In this document: one piece after another, positions 35,906 through 49,244 of the stretch
Position numbering within the stretch: position 1 is the first letter of the stretch
Layout of the letters: each line of letters begins with the position of its first letter
Source of the DNA: Chiloscyllium plagiosum
Lineage: Eukaryota
Assembly (NCBI RefSeq): GCF_004010195.1
Contig: NC_057718.1
Coordinates: forward strand, 101,550,559-101,614,558
Length of the DNA stretch: 64,000 nt
Reading direction: 5' to 3'
Translations under genes and position numbers: made by a program
Notes under the pieces: model-generated
What the model was told of the DNA's origin: nothing
Databases searched by the model: none
What the model saw: only the letters and a program-made list of their open reading frames with translations

Positions 35906-37290
35906 TTTCGAGTTAACAGCACCCATTCCCCCTCATTAACCCATTAAAGCATACCATGCAGAATTAATTATTTAATATCTGTGGATTATTCTGTTGTCTC
36001 CATCTTGCTGACCCTCTAAAACACCTTCAAGTAGCTTTGAACATTACATTTGTCATGTACAAAACAATTTTGTGATTGTTTGCCATTGACTGGGTTTAAT
36101 TATTCAGAGCTTTACTGAGTCCAAACAACTTCAATTACAGCAATGTATTTATACAAAATTACAAAGAGCTGCCTTGTACATTAAAGTTAGGATAGGAAGA
36201 AGGTAAAAAGAATATTCCCTGAATCACTGGCTCCTGATATTCGCGTTTTATAAACCAGGACCTTACACCTGATCTTCACGATGTTGCCAAGTTGCATAGA
36301 GTGGAGGAGTTAGCATTCTATGAGTGGTGTTTTGCTTGGAGAGTACTGTTCTTTCGCAACATTATTTCAATTCCTACTTCTTCCAAAGAGACTTCACATC
36401 TCCTCAAAGTTCGGAGCATTCAACATCAGGAGGGTCTTTTACCCATAAACAGCTCTTCTCTCCTGAATTTGACAACCAGGCTTTGCCCTGGACTTGGCAT
36501 CATTCGCCCTGGAGAGAGGCGGGCAGCAGCTTTAGATGTCGGGATTCTTATCGTTTTCCTTCATAGTCGCATACAACCTGTGCCTTTTTTTTTGGAAGTT
36601 CTAGTGGCATGCAATGTGCTTGTTCCCCCCTGCACCCCCGTCTCTGAGCACCGAGGCTCTGGCTCCTCCACGCTTGATGGCCGTGGAATGAACTGTCAGT
36701 TGAGTCAGTTATTAACCTGCAAACCCTCCTTGGGCTGCACTCGGTGACAAGTCCCCTCCTTGTTTCAATCGACTGCCATACGAACATCTTACTCAAAATG
36801 AAACCATAGTGTGACCCTTTGTCCAGGCCAGAGTGATGAATTATCTGGACCATTCAGCTGCTCCTAAATCCTCCAAGGTTTGTTTGTGTTCGGAATTCCT
36901 GTTCCTTTCTCTCCCAATAACCTTTGATACTCCTGCCTATGCAAACGTATTAATCAGGACCAGAAGAAGACCATTAGTGGTTAACCAACTGCTACGTGAT
37001 CATGTGTGTGACTTTTTGGCAGAGATGAGTCAGTTTGCGAGTTCAAATCTTGAATGGATATTCATAAGGAGCCCTTCCATATAGCAAGGCCAATCCATTT
37101 AAAACAGGACAAGCTGGAATAAACTGGGACCATTAGCCATGCACAGACCATGCGCGCACAGATTCCAATCATATTCTTTTCCCCCTGAAACCCGCCAATC
37201 CAAGGTCTGATCTTCCAAGGTCATAACTGCCTTTGAAAATCCCCTGACCTGTCACAACTGAGCTGTTGGCTTGATGATCATCTGGAACTT

Positions 37291-37517
37291 GGGGGCTGGT
37301 TAGCTCAGTTGACTGGATGGCTGGTTTATGACACAGAGTAACATTCGATTCCTGCGTTGGCTGAGGTTACCACTAGGATTGTCCTTCTCAACCTTCCCCC
37401 ACACATGATGTGTGATGACCCTTAGGTTAAACCATTACCAGTTGTCCCCCTCTCTCTCTTTATCTAATGGGAGATGGGCCGTATGGTTTGGTAGGACTGA
37501 TGCGACATTACCTTTAG
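37291..37517 (+). mobile_element. SINE family C, full length
   Basis: tRNA-like head GGGGGCTGGTTAGCTCAGTTG; body shared with the copies at 18628 and 35735. Confidence 0.75.
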
Positions 37518-37574
37518 TTTGAAAATTCATGTTGTTTTTCTTTTCCTCCAGGTGGTATTCCTGATTGTTTTTTT

Positions 37575-37930
37575 TCTTCTGGTGCCTGTCACCAGCCAGG
37601 GCAATATTTGTTGCCAATCCCTAATTGCCCTTGGAACAGAGTGGCATTCTAGGGCATTTCAGAGAGCAGTTAAAGTCAACCACCAGGTCTGGAGTTACGT
37701 GTAGGTCATACAGGGTAGGGATGGCAGATTTCCTTTTCTGAGGGACTGAGTGAACCAAATAGGTTTTTTAACAACTGTTGAGCATTTTGTAGGTCAGTTC
37801 CTGAGGCTAACTTTCAGTGTCGAGATTATGAATTAATTACTTTTGAATTGCCATGGTGGGATTCAAACCCACACCCTCCGAGCATCCATCTGGGCCTTTC
37901 CTGGCGATGTCACCATGATAGCACCAGCTC
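37575..37930 (-). mobile_element. SINE family B, degenerate
   Basis: TCCCTAATTGCCC...GCCATGGTGGGATTCAAACCC. Confidence 0.65.
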
Positions 37931-39479
37931 CCCCTATTGAAGAGTCATCGGACCACAGTTTACGATGTGGTTTTTCCAATGGGACAGGGTGACGAGGCCA
38001 TTGCAAGTCCATCTCAGCCAGAAAAGGGACTGAATTCTCCACTGTCAATGTTATTCTGAACTGCACGCATCCCATCTCGCAGACTAAGCTGAACACCACC
38101 TCCACCCCCTGCGCGATTGTGTCCGGCTACCTTTAAATATCTCATTCTATCGTTAAGGTGTTGGTTTCAGTTCATTCTGTGAAGGCAGCAGCCTGCCTCA
38201 GGATGAAAGATCATCCGACTGCTTCACACATATGCTGCTCCATCACTCATCGGTAATGTCTTGGCTGCCTGTGTTATGACAGTAAGTGGCACATGTACAG
38301 CATGAGGTAACCTTTATTAAAGGTCCCTGTGGAACCCCTAGCGTGCTTTAGAAATGGAAGCGCCACCACTGTGCAAATGAAATTATATAATACAGCCCCT
38401 TTGGGAGCAAGTGACAGTCGCAGCATTTGATTGAGAAGGACAAATTGTCAATGAGCATGTTTGCTCCTTCAGGGAACTACAGCAGACACAGTGGGCTAAA
38501 TGGCCTCACTCTGTACCCATCTGTGATTCCACTGAATCCAAATTGCGTTGTCTGCATTTCTGAAGTGCTTTTCAGCTCCGTTTCTGATTAATCTGGTCCA
38601 GTCGAGTTGGAAGATTTCGCTCAAAATGCTATGCATGGTTAACAAGACAATGGGACTCTTTGGTTTTGTGAATAATAGCACTGTGTATCTCCTGCTGTTC
38701 TTTGATATTTTCCCTCTGCTTTACTGTCACTTCATATCTTTTATAGCTTGTTGTGACTTCTCCCTCCTCCGTCTCCCACCCAACGCTTCCTATCGGAAAC
38801 AAAAGAATCTTTTATTATATTCAAGCCTAACTCACAATCGTATGGAAAAGAAAAAGACCCAGGTCTTTCTTTGAACCTGTCACATCCCCTTATGGTGCAG
38901 TCTGCGCTCACTGTCAACCTCACCTCCCCCTTCCACCCAACCACCACTCCCTATACATACACACACAACACACACGTAATTTTTAAAAAATCCTCTTTGA
39001 GGGAAGCACTCTGGAAGTTTTCTGCCTGCCTCCCAAAGGCAATTAAGCAATCTCCAGGAGGCTATGGTGACTGACATCTCTTGTTCCTGTTATCTGACCT
39101 ACCTTCTGCAATCTGACATATCTTCCACTTAGAGCAGCCCTCTTCCCTGCCCTCTCCAACACCAGCAGAGAACTTTCACTTGCTCCAAATGCCAACAATC
39201 TCAACCAGAAGTGAAATTACACGTCCCAAAAAATTAAGCACTTGCCCCCCCCACCCCCACTTCAACCTAACCCAATTCTGTGCCTTTGTTACTTGCTCTG
39301 ATGATTCCAACCTCTCCGTTGTATTTATACTGCAAGTATACCATCTCTGTGAATAAAGTTCCTTTGTTACTTTAAGGATCTCAATAATTTCCTCTCCACA
39401 ATACTCACACAAGCAGACAAATCAGAAGCAGGGGTAGGCCATATCGCCCTTTGAACATAGAGAAGGAAATATGTTGGCC

Positions 39480-39695
39480 AAGCATTCTCTGCCAGAGAAA
39501 GCAATTGAGTTCGAAACATTGAATGTTTTCAAGAAAGAGTTAGATATAGCTCTTAGGACATGAAGGGATCAAAGAGCATGGGAGAAAGTGGGCGCAGGAA
39601 ACTTAGTTGGATGGTCAGCCATGATCCTATCGAGTGGGAGAGCAGGCTCAATGGGCCGAATGGCTTACCCCTGCTCCTATTTCTATGTTTCTATG
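39480..39695 (+). mobile_element. CR1-type 3' end
   Basis: TTTCAAGAAAGAGTTAGATATAGC...ATGGGCCGAATGGC...TTCTATGTTTCTATG. Confidence 0.75.
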
Positions 39696-39719
39696 AGAAA
39701 GGGTGAGAATTCCCCAGCT

Positions 39720-39880
39720 CCCTTTCGAAGAAGTGCCAAGGAGTCACCTGCTGGCAGGTTGTGCCTTTGGGATTTTGCAAATTCATCCAAATGGCAGCAT
39801 CTCTGACAGTGTGGCACTCTCCCATTACTGCACCGGGAGCGACAGTCCAGATCTTTGTGCACAAGTCCTGGAGTGGGACA
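39720..39880 (-). mobile_element. Possible Deu-domain SINE (SacSINE1-like) 5' fragment
   Basis: Reverse strand GTCCCACTCCAGGACTTGTGCACAAA...GTGCAGTAATGGGAGAGTGCCACACTGTCAGAG resembles a recalled SacSINE1 head. Confidence 0.4.
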
Positions 39881-40404
39881 TAAGGGTTATACCCAAAATG
39901 TCAACTTCTCCACCTCCCGATGCTGCATGGCTTGCTGTGTTCTCCCAGCCTCCTGCTTGCCTACTACACCAGGGTGTCTGTCGATGTGGAATTCTTCATG
40001 TTGCAGAAACCCTGTGAAATCTGGATACCCAGGTATGAGGGTTTATTATTCACATTAGGGAGGTACAGAATTAGAAAAATAACCAGCAACACAAACAACA
40101 CATCCTGTTGGTCATCCACTGCTTTCCGAGACCAGACTGGGGAATGGGAGAATTGAGACCCAGGCATTTCAGTCCCTAGTATAACTAGTAAATGAGACAT
40201 AAGATGAGTCAAAGATTATCCAGGGTGAGCAGGAATGGGGAGTTGTGGCCACAACAAGATTAACTATGATCCTATTGAATGGCAGAACAGGATGAAGGGG
40301 CTGAAGGGCCTGCTCATGTTCCTGTTTTGGAAGTTTAAACATATCTACAAATACATGACCATAACCAATTTGTCAGGCACAAATACCTTAAGAGAACAAT
40401 CTTA

Positions 40405-40758
40405 CAGGGCTACGATGGGTTAGCACTGCTGCCTGACAATGCCAGGGACCTGGGTTCGAATCCACCCTTGGGTAACTGCCTGTGTGGAGTTTGCACATTC
40501 TCCCCGTGTCTGTATGGGTTTGCTCTGGGTGCTCCGGTTTCCTCCCACAGTCCAAAGAAATACAGGTTAGGTGAATTGGCCATGTTAGATTGCCCATAGT
40601 GTTCAGCAATTTGTAGGTTAGGTGCATTGGTCAGTGGTATATGTAGTGTAATAGGGTAGGGGTATGAGTCTGGGTGGGTTACTCTTTGGAGGGTTGGTAT
40701 GGACTCACTGGGCCAAAGGGCCTGTTTTCACACTGTGAGGATTCCATGATTTCTATGA
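40405..40758 (+). mobile_element. HE1-type SINE
   Basis: B box GGTTCGAATCC, core and tail. Confidence 0.9.
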
Positions 40759-40811
40759 TGGAAGAGCCAGAGATTGAGATAAATCAAAGAATTCTTTCAA
40801 AGCACAAACAC

Positions 40812-41042
40812 AAAGCAAGTTACTATAGACCGAGCGGACCACAGAGTGGACTCTCATTGGAGACAGTCACCACATGTTAGATAAGTCATAAGGTAGAGTA
40901 GGTGATGGTGACCTCAGCTGTGTATGGGAATTGAAGATATTTTCTAATCAAACTGTACAGCAATGTAATGATGTACCTGGCTCAGAGACAGGGAATGCTT
41001 GTTGTGGTATTGCAATCCAGCTAGCTAGGCAACTGAGCTGAC
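40812..41042 (-). mobile_element. SINE family C, degenerate
   Basis: Reverse matches to TCAGCTCAGTTG, GCTGAGGTCACC and AATGAGAG. Confidence 0.45.
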
Positions 41043-41047
41043 AGTAT

Positions 41048-41145
41048 CAAAACAGAAATTGTTGGAAAAGCTCCGCTTGTCTGTCAGCAACTGTGGAGAG
41101 AAATCAGAGTTAACATTTTGGGTTGAGTGACTCTTCCTCAGGACT
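41048..41145 (-). mobile_element. Family H3 short repeat
   Basis: AACAGAAATTGTTGGAAAAGCTC...GAGTTAACATTTTGGG...GACTCTTCCTCAG. Confidence 0.65.
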
Positions 41146-42208
41146 GACAGAGCCCTCACACCAGTGCATTTAAAACTCCATTTTAAACATCATTAATTCA
41201 TTCTCTCAAGTTGTCACTAACTACACCTTTGACAGTTGATAATTTACAAAGTACCAGTCATTGCAAATATCATCAGCATTTATTTTTCGTCATGGTTTAT
41301 TTGCATTAATAGGGAAACTATGAAAATCAGCAATTCAATTTACTGACCCTTTCGAAGCAGGATCGATTTGAAATGATTTACTTTCCTGCACTTTGGGTGA
41401 CTTAAAATACTTAATTAGCTCTTAATGTAATTTCCTAAAAAAGAAAATACAATCTATTATCCAATTATGTATTTGATTTTGAACCTGACAGCGGTTATTT
41501 AAACAGCTGACAGCTTTTGCAGTTAAGAGATTTACATGATGGCTTGTGTACATTGGCTTTCTTTATTACCTTTTAAGGGATTATGATTGTCTCCCCTCTG
41601 GTCTGTGCTTCATCTGCAACACGAAGAGATTAGGAACTTTAATGCTTCCTTGAGCCCGCTCTGCATTTTGAAATGGTGTGTTTGCACTGTGTCTTTGTTA
41701 AACTGCAGCTTTGACTTTTAGTGGCTGCAGCAATGTGTGTTATAAAAATATATGATAGCCCCAAGGGCCATAACTACTCTTTCCATCCCTGAGAATCAAT
41801 TTTTTTTTGTTGCTTTAGTGTGGTCAGAATACCAAACGCCTGGCAGCGTACTTGTAGGTCTTGCAGTAGCTTGAGGAAGCAGTTTTGAATTTCAGGCAGC
41901 CTTTTGTCAATCAGTGCCACAGTCCAAAGCAGACTCAACACTGCTCTGAGTTGTTAAAGTTACTTTTCGCTCCAGAGAGTTGTTAAAAAATCCAAGCTTG
42001 GATTAAAGTAGACAAAAGTTGTGAAGGCCCTTTGTCAGTTATGACCCGTTACTAGCCACCAGAGAGACTTCCTTAAGCCAGGATGGCTAAATGGAAAAGA
42101 CAGGGCAGATAAAGATGAACTATTTCCACTGGTTGGGGATTCTAGAGCTGGAGTCATAGCCTGAGAATTAGGGCCAGACTGTTCAGGACAGATATTAAGA
42201 GGCACTTG

Positions 42209-42524
42209 GAGAGTCATAGAGATGTACAGCACGGAAACAGACCCTTCAGTCCAACTTGTCCATGCCGACCAGATATCCCAACCCAATCTAGTCCCATTTG
42301 CCAGCACTTGGCCCATATCTCTTTAAACCCTTCCTATTCATGTACCCATCCAGATGCCTTTTAAATGTTATCATTGTACCAGCGTCCACCACTTCTCTGG
42401 CAGCTCATTCCATACACGCACTACTCTCTGTACGAAAAAGGTTGTCCATTCGGTCCCCTGTAAATCCCCCCCTCACCTTAAACCTATGCCTTCTAGCTTT
42501 GGACTCCCCTACTTTGGGGAAAAA
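42209..42524 (-). mobile_element. HER1-type LINE 3' end
   Basis: GAGTCATAGAGATGTACAGCACGGAAACAGACCCTTC; nearly identical to the start of 59677-60215. Confidence 0.85.
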
Positions 42525-42605
42525 GATGTGATGCTGGAAAAGCACAGTCAGTCAGGCAGCATCCAAGGAGCATGAGAGTCAATATTTTGGGCATAAGCCC
42601 TTCAT
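42525..42605 (-). mobile_element. Family H1 short repeat
   Basis: GCTGGAAAAGCACAG...GGGCATAAGCCCTTCAT. Confidence 0.75.
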
Positions 42606-44073
42606 TAATGTGTGTGTGTATATGTTGAGTTATCCGGAGAAATCAATACTTATACATTCATATTTCAAACTGTGTGATAGCTAGCTCTGGATATGTGCTA
42701 ATTGAATCTTGTATTTTAATTGATCAATCTAATGAAAAAATGTAGCTCTTTTTATTCTGAATCTGAAATAGGACATTAGGACATTTGGCCACAGCGATAA
42801 CTGGATATATTATTTCAATATACATTGGACACGTGGAACTAGAGAGGGGGAGAGCAAGAGAGAGAGAGAGACAGACAGACAGACAAATAAACAGTGTACA
42901 CCTTACATCTCGATCTTAACAAAGGAGAGGCAGTAAGGTTTCAGAGCTTAGAATCGAGGCAACTAAACAATCAGTTTACTAGGGGTGGAAAAATTTGAGA
43001 CTGCGCAAAAGTTTGCTGGAGATTTCCACAAGGCACCTAGTCGCCTTGTCTATCTTCCTCCATCCCTCGTGATACTCTGCGCAAAAATGACCTGGGTGCT
43101 CCTTTAGGTGTATCCCAGTGACAAATGTTTCGGGAAGTTAACAATGCGTTAAGGCTTGTGTAATATTTTGGCTGGAACTTTATTCCCTAACCTGCTGAGT
43201 GAATCACAGTCCAAAGCTCCTTCATCAATGCTACAGGAACAATGAAATTCCCTTTGGAGAGGTAAACTGACTGAGGATTGGATTTAACCTGCCCATTGAA
43301 ATTCATACATCGTAAAATATAGAAATCTTCTTATTTTGACTCAGATTGGTTTCATGTTTGTGACACAAGCTACAACACATCAATCATCCTTACAGGCTAT
43401 CCTTTAATCTACCAGAATCAATTTTTAACAAGGTTTTTAAGCATGGGTTCCAATGTCTCAAAGCAGATGTCAGTATCCAAAGATTTACATCATATTTTCA
43501 TTTATTCATTTAGCAGGTATTAGTGGGGTTTTACTGTTTTCAAACGATTCAAGGTTTTGCTGTAACACCATATTCGCTGCCAAGTGTTTGAATTATGCAC
43601 TATTGTAACTCCAACTTGTAACACTATTTGTTTTAAATGTGCTGCTCCTTCCCCGAGTCACATTTCCGATATTGTTACCAATAGGTGGACTACCAAAGAA
43701 AAAAAAATGTTCTTTGAAAAATTTCCCCAATACGTTTCTCCCTTGTTTTTATTTGAATCCACACAGAAGGAGGTGGGGAAGAGGGGGTTGTGGAATTAGA
43801 ATGAGTTGGGAGATTTAAGCCATTCATTATGAATGGCCTGGTCTCTGTCTTGTTCCAGTGCACTGAATGAAAAGTTACAGCACAGTTCTGTCAGCTTAGT
43901 GGGAGCAGTATCGAAGGCCAGAGAATGGGAGTGGGATGGGTAATCAGATTCCACAGACGGCAGGTTTCTATAGCAACCAAGCTCAGGACAAAGTAGTGAT
44001 GCTTAGCAAGCTGGTCTTCCAACATAGGCCTCCAGTGAGGTCAAGGATATTGCCACTGTGAGCAGGACTAGCA

Positions 44074-44365
44074 GGGCAGCACAGTGGTTAGCACTGCTGC
44101 CTCACAGCGCCAGCGTCCCGGGTTCAATTCCATCCTCCCGTCACTGTGCGGAGTTTGCACATTTTCCCTGTATCTGTTGGGTTTCCTCTGGGTGCTCTAG
44201 GTTTCTTCCACAATCCAAAGATGTGCAGATTGAGTGGGTTGACCATAGGAAATGTAGGGTTACAGCGATTGGATAGAGGGATTGGGATGGGTGGGATGCT
44301 TCACTGAGGGTCGGTGTGGACCTGATGGGCCAAATGACCTGCTTCCGCACCTTTGGGATTCTATG
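44074..44365 (+). mobile_element. HE1-type SINE
   Basis: Head GGGCAGCACAGTGGTTAGCACTGCTGCCTCACAGCGCC and tail. Confidence 0.9.
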
Positions 44366-44891
44366 AAATACTGTCCACTCGTTTGGAGGAGGTGCATGCA
44401 TTCTGAAAGCTGGTGGTCTCAACAGATTGTGAGCTTATTTGGAGCACAGGAGGTACCAGTAACAATTTCCAGCATTAGGAATGTTGTGCTGATACTGTAA
44501 TAAACATGGGTTAGGAGACAGTTGGAACACTGTGAGAAATTCTGGTCATCATACTCCAAGGAAGTACAATAGTGCTGCTGAGGGTACAGAGTACATTAGT
44601 GGGGAATGTTGCCTGAATTGGAGACATTAATGAAGAGGAAAGATTGGATAGGCTGGGGTTATTTTCCCTAGAATAGAAGAAGCTGAGGGGAGACCTGTCA
44701 GTATAGAAATATGATGCACCTCAATAGAATGGATAATAAGGCTCTATTTTCTTTGCTAGTATATGGGTCAGCCACATTGTTAACAGAAACATTCAGTTCA
44801 TAGTAATTGACTTTAAGCACATTTTAATTTGAGAGGAGTTAAGACTGTAAAGTAAAGATGTGTCTTGGTTTTTATTTCGCCAGCCAGTTTA

Positions 44892-45187
44892 GGGGTGGCA
44901 CGTGGCTCAGTGGTTAGCACTACTGCCTCACAGCACCAAGGTCCCAGGTTCAATTCTAGCCTCGGACAACTGTCTGTGTGGAGTTTGCACAATCTCCCCG
45001 TGTTTGCGTGGGTTTCCTCCGGGCGCTCTGGTTTCCTCCCAGAGTCCAAAGATGTGCAGCTCAGGTGAATTGGTCATGCTAAATTGCCCATATTGTTAGG
45101 TGCATTAGTCAGAGGGAAATATGTCTCGGTGGGTTACCCTTCGGAGGGTCGGTGTGGACCTGTTCCACACTGTAGGGAATCTAATCT
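44892..45187 (+). mobile_element. HE1-type SINE within a degenerate CR1 fragment (about 44490-45480)
   Basis: Head, core and tail; CR1-like flanks. Confidence 0.9.
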
Positions 45188-46269
45188 TTACAATTTGCTA
45201 ATATCTTTGGTTGAGGCATTGACAGGAAGAGATGGGAGATGTGGAGGAGATTTGAGGGGAATTGCTTTCCCCCCAGAAGGCTTTGGGACAATCACTGTCT
45301 GACAGGGTGGTAGAGGCAGCGATCCCCGTCACATTGAAAAAAGTATTCAGGAATGTTGTAACCAGCAAGACTACAGACCAAAAACTGGAAAGTGGGATGA
45401 GGCTGGAAGGCTAATTATCAGTTGATGTGGATACAACGGCTCAAATGACCACGTTCCGTGCTGTAAATTTTAATGATTCTAAAACATTAAATTCTGCATT
45501 CACTGCAGGGTCAAATGTTTTAAGCATTATTGACATTTCCTTCGTGTTGTTATGTCCCTGCTTTGACTCTCATTAGTGTTTTTTTTGTTTGTAGATCTGA
45601 ATATACATGTCAATCACACTCGGGACACAGTCCTTTAACTCAGGGAAATCAGTATTTAACAAAGTTTGTCAGCACAAACTGCGCTGAATCAAAGTGAGAA
45701 CAGTTTGTGTCTATACAGGGGTATTGACATCACAAGACTGTTCTCAGACGGAATGTGTAGCCAGTACTATAATCAGAAATGGACACCTTGCATTCTGTCA
45801 ACGCATCCTGATCATTGATTCGCATGTGTTTTGAACAAGGAAATAGATGTGGGTCTTGTGGCGAAAGGAATCAAGGGATATAGAGGGAGGGTGGGAATTA
45901 GGGTATTGAGCTCGATGATCAGCCATGATCCTGCTGAATGGCAGGGCCGATCAAGGGGCTGAATGGCCTACTCCTGCTCCTGTCTCCTCAGTTTCTTCAC
46001 TGGCAAATGCTTACCTTTGCTATTAAACTGACACTGAGCAGGTTTATTAGTGGGTGTGACAAAATGGCCCTTGGGCAATCGTTACAAATCAGGAAATAGA
46101 TTCGGCGCATCCCAAGTCATCCCGTAAGAAAGATGCTGAAGTCCTCCCGTTTCGGGCATGTTTATTCCTGAAAAGGTCCAAACGTTTCCATCACTGCAGC
46201 TTTTCTCAGAAGTCCCGTTCCTGCAATTTGATCAAATTACTTGCAGGAATTTCCGAATGAAGTGGATCT

Positions 46270-46820
46270 GATAGAAACTTTCTGGCACGGAAAGAAACCA
46301 CTCGGCCCATCGTGTCTGTGCCAGCCCTTAAGTGACCCACCAGCCCAATCTCACTGTCTCGGGGTTGGTCTGTAGTCTGTAGCACTGGAGGTGCACATCC
46401 AAGCACCTTGTCAATGAGTCGAGGGATTCTGCCTTTCAGGCTCTGAGTTCTCAACCCCAGTCCCACTCTGGGCCAAAGATGTTTTCCTAATCTCCGTCTA
46501 ATCTTTCTACTAACCACTTTAAATCCTGCTCTGCGCCCTTCCCACCCATTCCATCCAAGCCCCTCTCAATCTCATACACCTCAATCAAATCTTCTCTCCG
46601 TCTCCCATGCTCGAGGGAGAACAATCTCAGCCAATCCAATCTTTCTTCACAACTGCATTTTCTCCATCGTGGCAACATCCTTGTAAATCACCTCTGCACC
46701 TCCACGAGTGCAGTCAGCTCCTTTCTGCAGTGAGGTGTCTAGAACTGCACCCAGGGCTCAAGTTCTGGCTTAACTAACAGTTCATGCAGTGCCAACATAA
46801 CCTCCCTGCTCTTGTACTAG
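46270..46820 (-). mobile_element. CR1-type 3' fragment
   Basis: ORF 46487..46678 has EERLDWLRLFSLE...DLIEVYEI. Confidence 0.8.
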
Positions 46821-48334
46821 CTAATAAAGAAGGATATTACATGTACCTCCATAATAGGTCTGTTGTCTGAGCTTGACACTTTGACCAGCTTATGTATTAA
46901 AAACACTTGACCAGGTCTTCTTGTTGGACAATGGGACACAGAATTCAGTTTGCTGTTAAATTCGATTTTGTTATCAAAGTGTTCCTCATTAAAATGCTGT
47001 GTGAGCATTTCCCAAATTCCCAGTATTTGCTCTCTATCTAGCTCTATCCTCCTGAGAGAGGATATTACCTGCAATGATCCACGTGTTTGAGCTGGGCCTT
47101 TGGAATCTCCTTCTTGTCTGATGTGGCGCTAGTTCTCTTCAGCAAAGATGGTTCCTTGCAGGTCAGGGTGGATCTTCTCCTGGGTCTTCTTTGGGTTGCC
47201 ACATGGTTGTCTGCCACAAATCTTGCTGTGAAACTTCCCTGTGAGTCTTTTCTGGTTCGTCACCAAGGGATGGATTTTGCGCGTGCGTGTTTTATTCCCC
47301 CCCACACAGTGGACCTTCCAGAACGTTCTGTGGCCTTTCGTCAAATGGAGCCGTGAGCTGGATTCATATCACCCAATGGGGTCGTGGCAACACGCTTCAC
47401 TGTTGCCATGCCAGAAGGTGTAAAGTGCACATCCTCAGGCAGACATGATGCCAGAATGTCTGAATGACACTCCTCCAATACACAAGCCTCAGGCTGGTTG
47501 TAACTGGTTGCCCTTGAACCTTTGTAACCTTTGGTTCTCATTGTTCTCTCTAGCCGATAGCTGCTGGCTGCTGTTTAATTCTGTTTGACCAATGTTCTAT
47601 CAGGCCTGATTTCTCTGGTTGTGGGTCAATTTAGAAAGTCCAATTTTGAGCCTGTGAACACTTGAGCACTGTTGTGTAAGGAATTCAGGACTATGGAGCA
47701 ACCTTGCAATGATGTCACTGAGCATAAATAGCACAGAGTGAGTGGAGTTGAAGCACTCTAGAAGACTATAATACTATAATAGACTAAAACATTAGAGAGT
47801 CCTAAGAGCATGTGAACATGAACATACAAAGAAGGTAGATTAGTCCTTAACTAAAGGAAAGAGCCTGGTATATCTATGATGACCATGTATAGCAGTATTT
47901 CATGTTAGCACATAATAAATAGTGTTACTTTCACATCGCAACCTAAAAACAGTCTTGTCGTTAGCTTCACCAAGATCAGCCAGTTTTGAATCTAAACTTA
48001 TAATGTGGTATCAAACCACATTATAGAAGATGAACCATTACAACAATCTGTCATGCTACCTTCAAGAATCTGTGGATGCTTTCTCCAAGATCCCTCACTT
48101 CTTCTACATCTCTCAGTACTCTCCCATCAGTTTTGTATTATTTTACATTATTTGATCTCCCCAAAATGCATCATCTCACACTTCTCTGGGATAAAAACCA
48201 CTTGACCAGGCAATTAACATCTCCATCAGCTCCCATCTTCTACATCCCCGTTCAACTTGGCACAATATTCAGATATACCTTTCCCATTCTCTGTAGTAAG
48301 GCCTGGTTATAGTTATCCTTCAATCTCTTTCATT

Positions 48335-48495
48335 AAGAACAAGTTATCCAGTATGATCATATCACAATTTGTATGTGTGCATGCTGTGTGATATGTTGCA
48401 TGACATGTGTCCAATATTACAAAAGTAACTGCACTTCAGAGATCATTAACCTTATGCTATGAGAGGTGCTATATAAATGTGAGTCCTTCTTTGTT
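48335..48495 (+). mobile_element. Possible Deu-SINE/L2-like 3' tail
   Basis: ATTACAAAAGTAACTGCACTTCA...GGTGCTATATAAATGTGAGTCCTTCTTT resembles a recalled SacSINE1/AmnSINE1 tail. Confidence 0.45.
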
Positions 48496-49244
48496 TAACT
48501 ATCTTCAACAACTCTGCAATATCTTCTCAGACATATGCCTTTGAGTCTGAAAATCTCAGCTTTCTCCAAACGTTTTTCGTAATTCAGACTTTGGACACAA
48601 GGGACCAGCCAAACGACCTTTCCCTGCACTGCCTCAAGTGTTTAAATGCCTCCCTTGTGTCTGTGCAGGCTGACTTAGCTAAATCCAGGTGCGATCTGAG
48701 TACAGTAGTTTGGACAAGTCTAATTTGTATTCTACTGCTACTGCTGTACATAGTTCAACGTTGTATTGCTTCATATTGTATGACAAAGGCATCGCTTTCA
48801 GGGAAAAAGCTTGGCTTAGAAAGACGGTACTAAAAGCTATGAAATAGGAATAATATTTCCACAGAACTTTGCCGAACTGTTACTGTGGTGGAATCGTTGG
48901 GCTTTGCGTTTTGTTTATCCTTGCATTTCCACTTTGCAATTAATTTAGTTCTCCAGTCATCTGGAACTTGGTGACTTGGTACAGCTACAGGAAATTGCCC
49001 CAAGAGAAAATAAATGACCTGCTGCTAACGAGCTAGAGATGAGGATACCAAGCAAGTGTGAACACACTTCCCTAATTCCTGCTCCACAAAAATGGCAAAT
49101 TTTGACACATTAATTTGAAATGCAAAGGAATAATTTAGCTTTAATATAATTTTCCTGGCTCCCACGTTGTTCCCACAGTAACCCTCACCAATATTATTTC
49201 CCACTTGAAGGAGCTGGTTTGGAGTGAAATGAAAAACTGCTTCT

